Source: Podarcis vaucheri
Taxonomy: Eukaryota
DNA: 64,000 nucleotides
Assembly (NCBI GenBank): GCA_965113315.1
Contig: OZ220375.1
Direction: 5' to 3' (one strand)
A program made the translations under genes and the position numbers. Shown here in pieces: positions 39,301 through 47,337 of this stretch. Each line of letters opens with the position of its first letter. Within the stretch, counting starts at the first letter, position 1. The notes beneath the pieces are model-generated. The model ran no database searches, was not told the DNA's origin, and was given only the letters and a program-made list of their open reading frames with translations.

Positions 39301-41750
39301 AGTACTGCAATTCCCATTTTATGGCCATGGTAGCAACTTGCTGAAGTACTGAGCTTGTGGATAAGCCAGAAAATTCCCCAAGCCAATTTAACATCAATTG
39401 CAATTCCTCTGTAATTCAATCCACTGGGACTAAAAGATGTTGCTCTCACCATACCTAGGATTTCGTCAAATATTTTATAAAGGCCAGGTACGAAGGTAAC
39501 ATCCCTGCAGTTCAGTCCAACATCTTCATCAAACACCCACATTTGCTGAAAAGTTAATTAAAAATAAGAAGATATTCAGTAAAAAGCAGACACTTTTACT
39601 CTGCTCATTCAGTGAGCACAAGGTCAGCATTGTCCAGTGATTCCCATAAGCCATGTGGCCTGACTGGAAGTGTCCTAAGATGCCATGACCTTGGAATACA
39701 GTTGTGGAAAAATCACCCTCTCAACTTCCCAAATTAGAACAGTCTAAGCTCTGCTTTGATACTAGAACTTTATTTGCAATTAGCAAAACAAAGAAATCAG
39801 AAAAGCTTCCTCTCATTCAATCCCTACCTTAACTCCCCAAACAAAAAGCTTTTTACCTGGGTCACTTGTTCCACAGAGCCAATGTAGGTATCAGGCCGAA
39901 GCAATATATGCTCCAGCTGGCTTTTCTTCTGGTATATTCTTTCAACAGATAGCCTCTTTTTTGAATCTCCATCTGTGATCTTACCCACTTTAGGGTTTGC
40001 ATCTACTGGCTGAATGGAAGCAAAATGAAAACATCATAAGTCACTGCATAAATGAGCTAACTTTGTGGGTTTCTGTAACAACAATGCTAGGATGGAAATA
40101 AAAACACACAAGACATGAATTTACCACCAAGCTAGTTTTGAAAGAAGGACTACATCAGATACTGTAGGCATCTGTCTCAAGAGACAATGGACTGCACATT
40201 TGGGGGGTGAAGTCAAGCTGCTCCGTTAGAAGCACTGAAGTGACCACCGCAGGGAGCAAATCTGGTCAGTGTTTATGGAGGTCCTGGGCTGCCCAGATCA
40301 CCATCACCATTTTATTTGTATGCTGCCTTTCCACAGTTAAAACAATGCTCGAGGCGGCTTACGATATGAAAAGATTTACATAATTTCAAATAAAGCAAAG
40401 TAGTCATAAAAATAAATAAAACACATTAAAAACTACATAAGCAAACTGAACAATTTCCACATAAAAATATGACTAGACCCCTCTTGGTCTTGCTGATGTG
40501 GTCCAAAGGAAAACACCTGCTTGGCTGCAGGAGTTGCTGGAAGGAGACAGACAAGGCACCATCCAGATTCCTTGGGGACTTGTGCAGGGTTTACTCCTTA
40601 GCCTTTTTGTCTCCCCAAAATATCCCGCAAGGCAGCAGAGGTTTAGGATCAGTTTTCCGTCTCCTAGAGGGGCCTCATTCCCACGCTGAGAAGCCCCATC
40701 TACCCCTCACTTCCTTCTACAGCACATGCAGAAACCATCTTCCTCCTGAGCCTGTCCTGTCTACATGCAGGCGAAGTCCCCCTCACCTAGTTTAGCCAGC
40801 CCACCAAAGGTGCAAGCCCTCTCCTAACACCCCATACACCTGAAACTGAGATGAGAAAGGGGATAAAAGATTGTGCTCGCCTTTTACAGACAAAAGCCTG
40901 AGATTCAAGTCATCTATCTCTGAACGTCAGACTGTTTAGACAAAGAAGTTGTCGCCATGTCACGCCTGTGACATTTGGCTGGCCACTCTTAAAAAGATGA
41001 AGCTAGAATAAATGGATCTCTGAAATCCAGCAGAGCCATTAACAGTCTTACGTTTTGGGATGCTAATCCCCACATTCAAACGAGTTTATATTTTCTGTCT
41101 AGAAAGAAAACCTATTACGTCCAGCATCAGCAATATACTGAAGCTACAAAAACACCCACAATCAAACGTTGTTGTGAATTTGGGTAGGAATTTGCCCTCC
41201 TAGATCCACAAAAATTATTGAAAAGCTCCATGAACCTCAATGAATTGAGGTTCTGCACCCCCTCCCATGAGAAGCCTGTCCCCATCGTAATGTCTCTGTA
41301 GCATAGACCTCCAAACCAGTACGCATTTTTTTGAGGGTTTTTTTTTTTTTTGAGAGATAAGAAGGAACCGCGGGTCATGATAGGATTGTTGTAACACATA
41401 TTAAGCTAAAATAAACAATTTTTTTTTTTAAAAAAAAAACAGGAAACAAGGGAATTGGAGGCATCTATGCGGACGGTGGGTTTTTTTTTTAAAGATAGAG
41501 AAGTAGTAAGATGGCTGGGATTAAGAATGAATTAGAAGGGTCCAACGCTCGAGGGCAGAGGTTAAAGGTCGCCACTAATTAGGGCCCGTTTAATTTCAAT
41601 GGCGCTGTCCTGAATGAAAACCCCTCAGTCGATATTGAGTTACGTGGAGCTGGGAAGACGGTAAGAAGGCGGGTGTGTGAAATAACGGTGTGGGGGTTTT
41701 TTGGGGGGGAGACTCACCTTGAGCGGGGAAAAGGAGTCTTCTAAGTCCAT
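18186..41750 (-). CDS. TOP2A: DNA topoisomerase II alpha, complete 35-exon CDS (4662 nt, about 1553 aa)
   Basis: The 35 GT-AG exons (listed separately) join in one frame. Motifs: GHKL ATPase ([18 protein letters not shown]), TOPRIM (EGDSA, PLRGK, MTDQDQDGSH), catalytic ASPRY, and C-terminal [10 protein letters not shown] typical of the alpha isoform. Adjacent to GJD3. Confidence 0.97.
18939..19159 (-). CDS. TOP2A: TOP2A exon 34
   Basis: [16 protein letters not shown]...[25 protein letters not shown]. Confidence 0.88.
19656..19872 (-). mobile_element. Sauria-type SINE fragment in TOP2A intron 33
   Basis: Shared core GAGCAGCGCACGGAAACGC..TTTACCTTCCC. Confidence 0.75.
20079..20210 (-). CDS. 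TOP2A: TOP2A exon 33
   Basis: [43 protein letters not shown]; GTAAG donor. Confidence 0.8.
21406..21655. mobile_element. hAT-type MITE (family of 10297-10553)
   Basis: Shared internal sequence; TSD CAGTAAAC/CAGTAAGC. Confidence 0.78.
21872..21936 (-). CDS. TOP2A: TOP2A exon 32
   Basis: [21 protein letters not shown]; TAG and GTAAGT sites; phase 2 to 1 restores the frame. Confidence 0.72.
22206..22507 (+). mobile_element. Sauria-type SINE in TOP2A intron 31
   Basis: GGTGGCGCTGTGGTCTAAACCACTGA head and CCTTTACCTTT tail. Confidence 0.75.
22552..22654 (-). CDS. TOP2A: TOP2A exon 31
   Basis: [34 protein letters not shown]; CAG and GTGAGT sites; phase 1 to 2. Confidence 0.75.
22940..23092 (-). 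CDS. TOP2A: TOP2A exon 30
   Basis: [25 protein letters not shown]... Confidence 0.88.
23304..23412 (-). CDS. TOP2A: TOP2A exon 29
   Basis: [14 protein letters not shown]...[15 protein letters not shown]. Confidence 0.88.
23568..23765 (-). CDS. TOP2A: TOP2A exon 28
   Basis: [10 protein letters not shown]...[32 protein letters not shown]. Confidence 0.9.
24122..24205 (-). CDS. TOP2A: TOP2A exon 27
   Basis: [28 protein letters not shown]. Confidence 0.93.
24318..24473 (-). CDS. TOP2A: TOP2A exon 26
   Basis: [10 protein letters not shown]...[31 protein letters not shown]. Confidence 0.92.
25051..25142 (-). CDS. TOP2A: TOP2A exon 25
   Basis: [31 protein letters not shown]. Confidence 0.95.
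25644..25839 (-). CDS. TOP2A: TOP2A exon 24
   Basis: [13 protein letters not shown]...[23 protein letters not shown]. Confidence 0.95.
25958..26158 (-). CDS. TOP2A: TOP2A exon 23
   Basis: [35 protein letters not shown]...[12 protein letters not shown]. Confidence 0.95.
26262..26396 (-). CDS. TOP2A: TOP2A exon 22
   Basis: [45 protein letters not shown] (AAG acceptor). Confidence 0.93.
26584..26746. mobile_element. Tigger-like MITE in TOP2A intron 21
   Basis: TA-CAGTGG...GAGGTACCACTG-TA. Confidence 0.72.
27004..27235 (-). CDS. TOP2A: TOP2A exon 21
   Basis: [12 protein letters not shown]...[32 protein letters not shown]...EPLPM. Confidence 0.95.
27491..27639 (-). CDS. TOP2A: TOP2A exon 20 (catalytic Tyr codon at 27508-27510)
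   Basis: [49 protein letters not shown]. Confidence 0.95.
27983..28104 (-). CDS. TOP2A: TOP2A exon 19
   Basis: [41 protein letters not shown]. Confidence 0.95.
28746..28860 (-). CDS. TOP2A: TOP2A exon 18
   Basis: [38 protein letters not shown]. Confidence 0.95.
29836..29928 (-). CDS. TOP2A: TOP2A exon 17
   Basis: [31 protein letters not shown]. Confidence 0.95.
31193..31302 (-). CDS. TOP2A: TOP2A exon 16
   Basis: [37 protein letters not shown]. Confidence 0.95.
32398..32503 (-). CDS. TOP2A: TOP2A exon 15
   Basis: [35 protein letters not shown]. Confidence 0.95.
32637..32747 (-). CDS. TOP2A: TOP2A exon 14
   Basis: [37 protein letters not shown]. Confidence 0.95.
33498..33623 (-). CDS. 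TOP2A: TOP2A exon 13
   Basis: [42 protein letters not shown]. Confidence 0.95.
33661..33882 (-). mobile_element. Sauria-type SINE fragment in TOP2A intron 12
   Basis: Reverse head CAGTGGTTTAGACCACAGCG..CACCCACGTCCC. Confidence 0.75.
34412..34569 (-). CDS. TOP2A: TOP2A exon 12
   Basis: [46 protein letters not shown]. Confidence 0.95.
34977..35115 (-). CDS. TOP2A: TOP2A exon 11
   Basis: [46 protein letters not shown]. Confidence 0.93.
35275..35412 (-). CDS. TOP2A: TOP2A exon 10
   Basis: [46 protein letters not shown] (QTK loop). Confidence 0.95.
35973..36074 (-). CDS. TOP2A: TOP2A exon 9
   Basis: [34 protein letters not shown]. Confidence 0.95.
36768..36941 (-). CDS. TOP2A: TOP2A exon 8
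   Basis: [11 protein letters not shown]...[26 protein letters not shown]. Confidence 0.95.
37128..37340 (-). CDS. TOP2A: TOP2A exon 7
   Basis: TWTDNM...[11 protein letters not shown]...[23 protein letters not shown]. Confidence 0.95.
37552..37757. mobile_element. Tigger-like MITE in TOP2A intron 6
   Basis: TA-CAGTGGTACCTCGGGTT...GGTACCACTG-TA; same family as 14201-14429 in the opposite orientation. Confidence 0.8.
37885..37982 (-). CDS. TOP2A: TOP2A exon 6
   Basis: [33 protein letters not shown] (ATP lid). Confidence 0.95.
38605..38750 (-). CDS. TOP2A: TOP2A exon 5
   Basis: [48 protein letters not shown]. Confidence 0.95.
39103..39166 (-). CDS. TOP2A: TOP2A exon 4
   Basis: [22 protein letters not shown], 64 nt. 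Confidence 0.95.
39455..39545 (-). CDS. TOP2A: TOP2A exon 3
   Basis: [30 protein letters not shown], 91 nt. Confidence 0.95.
39857..40009 (-). CDS. TOP2A: TOP2A exon 2
   Basis: PVDANPK...[35 protein letters not shown]. Confidence 0.95.
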
Positions 41751-42340
41751 GGTGGACCCGGTCGGAGCGAGAGGTGTAGAGGAAACAACAGAGCTAGCGG
41801 GGATTGTGGGGGTGGGAAGCGGCCGTTGAGAGGGGCGCAGCGGCCTAGTGCCTCAGACTTGCAGTCACCGAGCGCTGTGAACAGAGCCAACCACCTTCCC
41901 TCAGCCAAGCGGCTGCGAATGAGGCTGGACAAAGGCGGCAGGAAACGCTTCACAGAGAGAGAGAGAGAGCGCTTTCGAAAAGCGTCGCCTCAGCCCGCTC
42001 AAACGGCCGCGACCAATCCCCGCCGGCCTGCTTTAGCTGCCGGGCCAATCGCCGTTCGGCACAGGGAAATACGGGTTAAGGAGGCGGGGAAGGAGAGTTC
42101 GCGCAGCCAATCGGAACGAAAGTCTGAGAGTTCGAACAAATGAACAAAAAAAAAGAAGCCGAAAAACAGCACACCGCTCTTCAAAAGCACAAACTGTTAT
42201 CTCCCAGGTTTAAAAGCGAGGGCGGGCGCACCGCTCAGTTCCACCAATAGACGTGAGGAATGGCGTTGATGGGCGTGGTGCTGGGCCAATGAACCCGACG
42301 CCAGCGCGGAATTGAATTGCACGTTTTGTTTTGTAGGCGC
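41700..42340 (-). promoter_or_regulatory. TOP2A CpG-island promoter/5'UTR with five inverted CCAAT boxes, a GC box and CHR-like elements
   Basis: CpG-rich. Plus-strand CCAAT at 42013, 42045, 42107, 42244 and 42286, inverted relative to TOP2A. TTCGAA near 41974 and 42131; TTTGAA (minus) near 42180; GGGCGG near 42220. Confidence 0.85.
41718..41750 (-). CDS. TOP2A: TOP2A exon 1 (coding part)
   Basis: CCACCATGG Kozak; [11 protein letters not shown] then GTGAGT donor. Confidence 0.88.
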
Positions 42341-43412
42341 TTGTTAAATGTTATCGTTCTTCTTCGTTAATCGTTTGTTAGATGTTTGCTGGCACTCAGC
42401 ATGTAACAGTGCAACGATTTTTTCCCCTTTTCTCCCTCATGCATTTAAAGTCAGTGTGGCGTAGTGGACATGGAACCTGACTTGGGCCACAGTTACCTGA
42501 GGCGAACCACAAAATGGCGCCCACCGCCCTCCCCCCCCACCTCAAAGGAAGAAGGGGGGAAGGCGGAAAACGGAGGGAGGAGACGAACAGTGTCTCCTAT
42601 TGATCAAAAGGGAACTGTAGAGGCGGCATGGAGGGGGAGCAAATCTGGCCTTCAATGTGTGCGCCACAGCAGCAGTGGGTGATGCATTTCTTGGAGGCTT
42701 GCTCTGGTGCCCCTGTGGATCCTGCTGTCTGAGGCAGTCGCCTCACCTTGCCTCATGGGTGGGTCGGCCCTGGCCCATTATTGCCTTTTGGCCTAACTTC
42801 CTGAACACCATGCATATAAACTTAAGGCAAATCATTCCCACCATCATCATGGCTTATGTCATGATGGACATTTTCATGCCGTTCTGAAGTCAGTTACTGT
42901 TTTTTCCAGCTCCTTATTCACCAGTAAAGTTTGAAGCAGCCTCATTGTTAAACTTGGTAGGAAACTAAAGGTGCACCACAAAATTTGCTTTGTATGATTC
43001 GTCTTCGTGACTGGGAAGCTGCCCTGTTGACTTCAACGAAGGAATCCTCTCCGTTCAAAACCACTGTAGTTTTCGTTTTGGAAACGCTCATTAATGTGTG
43101 GTGACCAAAAAATGAGTAACTCTGGGTATGCTAAGCTTTGGGTCATCACAAATGCACATGCATCAGGAAAGCGTCCTCTAAGTTGCCTTCAACCTGTTCG
43201 AATTCAGGACCCCCCTTCAAGCCAAACGTGCATTTGAGGACCCATTTCTTACAGCTTTTTTTGGCCATATATTTGCATGATGGTAACACTGCTGTTGTGA
43301 CCCACCTTAGATCATGCCTAATATTGGGTCCTCCTGACCCACCAGTTTAAGACCACTGCTCTAGGAGATTTGTGTCTTGCCCAATGTTTCCTTCCTTTTG
43401 GTGTAAGACACT

Positions 43413-43613
43413 GGACTTGTCCACACTTTGCTTGTCTCACGCCTATAAAGCACGAGACCAAGTGGTTTTCTGTTTGCCCCACCACTTCCCCTGGGAAAAC
43501 TCACTCTTTATCGCTGAATCAGAGGATACATCAATGTACGAAAAGCCCAACTGATGTGTGCTCTGATTCAGCAGTAAAGAGTGGGTTTTCCCAAGGAAAG
43601 TGTGGACAAGCCC
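43413..43613. mobile_element. Hairpin MITE between the multiplexin 3' end and the TOP2A promoter
   Basis: Termini CTTGTCCACACTTT and AAAGTGTGGACAAG, plus an internal inverted repeat of about 50 bp (43483-43602). Confidence 0.6.
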
Positions 43614-43894
43614 ATTGCCAAGCATGGCTGCTTCATGCCAATAATTTCTAAAATAGATAGAAAATAAAGAATAAGAAACTGGAGGTATGCACACCCCACA
43701 ATAATCTCTGGGCTACCACAAATTCCCAGGAGAGACCCATCTGTGAGACTCCATTGAACAGTATTTTTATGCTGTTTTATGGTTGTGTTATGCTGATTAG
43801 CTTTGTTTATTGTGCGCTATAAAAGTCCACAAGCAGTTGGATGCTGACAGTTGAAAAGACATGACACAGAAGCAAAAGAGAATGACAAACAATT

Positions 43895-43900
43895 TTTATT
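43895..43900 (-). terminator. Candidate distal poly(A) signal of the multiplexin gene
   Basis: AATAAA (minus) at the end of an AU-rich, TGTA-containing stretch typical of 3'UTR ends (43890-44110). Confidence 0.4.
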
Positions 43901-45876
43901 TCACATCGGACCTTCTCCATCATGGAGCCTTATTACAGTGTGAAGAAACATGTCAAAAGATGGATGTGATTAAAAACCCCTCTAACCAACTAAGCTATCC
44001 TTAAAAAAAAAACTTGTTGAAAAATATATTGTGCTAACATAAATTAATTTATTTTGATACAGTATATTGTAAACAAATGTACAGTCTGTAAAATGACTTA
44101 ATACAGGAGTGAGGAAACAAGGAATAGATTCAAAAGTTGAAGGTGAGAGGAAATAGGATTGTAGGGAGGAAATTATAGGACAATGAGGATCTGTTTTTCA
44201 TAATAAAATAAGTAACTGCATTGCAACTAATCAAAGGGGGGATTAAAGTGTTACATGAATGGCACCTTTCACCAGTTAAGTTTAATAGATGTAATGGAAT
44301 GATTCCAGATTCCACCGGTGGTGTTCAGAGTCCAGGACAAATGAATTCCACATTGCTAGAATGAGAACCTTGTAGCAATTAGGGAATTTTCTATATATAT
44401 TGATCCTCTTGTCACTCTTGGGAGTATTTTGGGTTTAGCTGGGCTATCTGATCCCAGTAGATCATAAAGAGCTTCTCATTCATTTCTTTATCATTGTCAT
44501 AACTGATGTTCCATATGCGCAAATCAACCAATTTTTTTAGGTTTAGGGAAAGCTGGAGAAGGTTATTCAAAAGAGCATCTTTATTAAACTGGAATCAGTT
44601 TTTAAAAAGAAACAAGCAACCAAACTTTCTCCCATGGGGGGGCGGCATTTTGAAGTTAAAAGAACACTCTCGCAACATTTCAGATCAAGAAGTGCAAGAA
44701 CTTCTAATGTCATGTGTGAAGGTGACTGTATGATAGGGTTGCCATATATTGAAGAGCAAAAAAGAGGGCAGCCCGAGCCGCTGCCAGCCTGAGCCGGGGA
44801 AAGAGACACGTGGGTGCACAAAGCCTCTGCTGCTCCCTGTGTGCCTCTTTGCCCGGTTTGGGCTAGCAGTGGCTGCGGTGTGCAGAGCAGCTTGAGTCCA
44901 AGCTGCCTGAGCCTGAGACCCCCCCCCCAACTCAGACATTTCCTTTAAAATTTAAAAATTTGCCTGGATTGGTATGTCCAGGTTTTCCCTGAGGTATGAC
45001 AACCTTACTGTATGGGTTTTCCTTACTAGTATTTGTGATATGTAACAGTGTAGTATCAGCCTTATAAACACAGTATAGGAACAGATCAAGCTGCCTAGAA
45101 AGGTATCTGTTGCAGTTCTTTGGGCTGTTTTCAAGAGGATGCTCGACCTGCCCGAAATGCTTTGGTTGCTGGTCATTTTGCTAGTGCAGGAGTGTGCAGG
45201 AGCTGTCCCACAGATGTTAACACCTCCCTGCTGTATAATTCAATAGTTCCAAAAATGTAAATGTGTCTGCAACCTAGATGCTGCCTTTTCTTTGTGAGAT
45301 CTATGTTTACCCATGCAGGAACACTGTGGGGGGAAAAGCCACAACATTCCATAAAAATTCCTGTGCACAATACATCCCTTCTGCCACCATTTTTTGCTAA
45401 ACAGAGAACAGGTTGTAAATCTATGTGCATGCACACCTATCTCTGTGAGTGCGTGCACACAAATGCATGCACACACACATATCTTCTGAGAGATGTGCCA
45501 AAGCTGTAAAGAGGGGTGTGGGAATCTGAATTTATGGTGTGGTTTATCTCTGTAGATCATGGCATAAAGGTATTTTAAAAACCTAGATTCAAAGGCCTGT
45601 TAGCTCTCACAGCTCCAACAGGACAGCACTTAACCCAGAGATATTTAGGACTCTGCACACGTCCGCTTTGCTTTAGAGACAGGTATGCTTTCCTCCCCGC
45701 CCCCCTTCTAGTGTGGGTTTATGACAAAATTGTCATGCCCATGCTTCTGTAGGCCTTTAGAATAGTTAGGGAATCTCTAATCAAAGTGTGTATGTATTGT
45801 AATTTGCTACCTGCTTAGACTGTAACTTTGCCGTCTAAAGCAGCATTTTTATATATTCTGTTGCTCTTGTTTTATA

Positions 45877-46688
45877 CAAGGTGTGACCAGAAAGTAAGGT
45901 GAATCACTCCTGTTTGCAATAATGGGAACTGCTGGATTCGCGGAGACATGTGGGAGGCATTCATCCATATTTCAGCTAACATATGTGCACGTGTCTCAGC
46001 ATTTGTTAACAGGCCTATGTTCATGTGGTAGCGTTTAGTAGCTGTTAATAGTGCAGTGCATTGTGATTGAAAATGGAGCAGAGAGTCAATATGAAATTCT
46101 GTTTCAAATTGGGTAAATCGGCATCGGAAACCCACAAAATGCTCACAATTGTTTACGGATATGAAGCGGTAACTCGAAAGACAGTGTATGAGTGGTTTAA
46201 GTGTTTCCGTGAAGGGCAGCAAACCATCGAAGATGACCCTCAGTGTGGCAGATTGTCAACGAGCAGAACGGCGGCAAATGTCGACAAAGGTTGGGCGTTA
46301 TTGATGTGGGATTGGCGTTTGTCCATCTGAATGATGGTGGAAGAATTGCATATTCCGTGTGAAATCATTACTGAGGTTACTGAGTTGTCCCATCCTCCAT
46401 ATTCTCCTAATCTTGTCCCACCAGATTTCTTTCTTTTTCCAAAACTGAAATTTGCACTGAAAGGGCACAGATTTTTCAACATTTCACACTTCCAAGGTGC
46501 AAGGGAACCGAAAGCAGTACGAAAAGATGACTTCTCCAGACGTTTCCAATAGTTCTACTGTACTAATGTTGTCAATGGTGCATTCTATCAGAGGGGCCTA
46601 CTTTGAAGGCCTGTAAGGTATGTATGTTTGAATATTTCTCGCTGTCCGATTTCTGTGACCATTCACCGAATATTCCGGTCACACCTTG
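45877..46688 (+). mobile_element. Internally deleted mariner DNA transposon (about 810 bp)
   Basis: TIRs CAAGGTGTGACCAGAAAGTAAGGTGAAT and ATTCACCGAATATTCCGGTCACACCTTG with TA flanks. Remnant transposase: HTH region (QRVNMKFCFKLGKSASETHKML...VYEWFK) and HPPYSPNLVPPDFFLFPKLK motif. Confidence 0.9.
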
Positions 46689-47141
46689 TATAATAAACCA
46701 AGCTTTCTTTGTTTCTTCATGTGAGAGCTTCTTGTGGGCATAAGGGTTAACACACATCCATAACAAGCACACGTCATAACTCCAGCAAAAGTTCCTAAAC
46801 CTCTCAGCAGTGTGTATATGAGCATACTGTACATGAGTGCTGGTGGTGCACATGTAAGTCCAGGTACACACATGGTAACAAAGCAGAAGCCCCTTTTTCA
46901 CCTGCCTGTGTGAGGTGCTGGTTCTACACATCAGCACACATGACAGCTTGCTGAGGTGCAGGCGATGCATGGTTTTCTTTCCTCTCAAACATTCTTTCCC
47001 AGCTGGGGTGGAAGGATGGGTACCTGCATTTTCCACCTCATGTGTCTTAAGGCTCAAAGGCTTACTTCATTCATCCTGATCCAGCCTTTGTAGCAACTGG
47101 CTCCTTCTACTGTTCCTTGCTGATCTGAAGCTGCACTCGTC

Positions 47142-47337
47142 TCAGAAGGCATTTTCCACGCACAGAACAATCAGGAAGTCTGAGCAGCTATGTGTGTCCG
47201 CTGTGAGGAACTTGCCTCCGGCTGGAGGTGAGGCAAGACCTTTGGACTGGTTGGAGGCTGTTCGCCACTCCTGACAGTCTTGATTTTCGGCCTGGCCTCC
47301 CAGTTGTTTGACACCATGCCAGACTGCCTTTTGTCTC
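47142..47337 (-). CDS. Endostatin-domain exon 3 with stop
   Basis: [64 protein letters not shown]. Confidence 0.92.

Noticed and set aside
18186-41750. TOP2B identity
   Set aside because: The short exon 1, 35 exons, YLEESD C-terminus and linkage to GJD3 indicate TOP2A.
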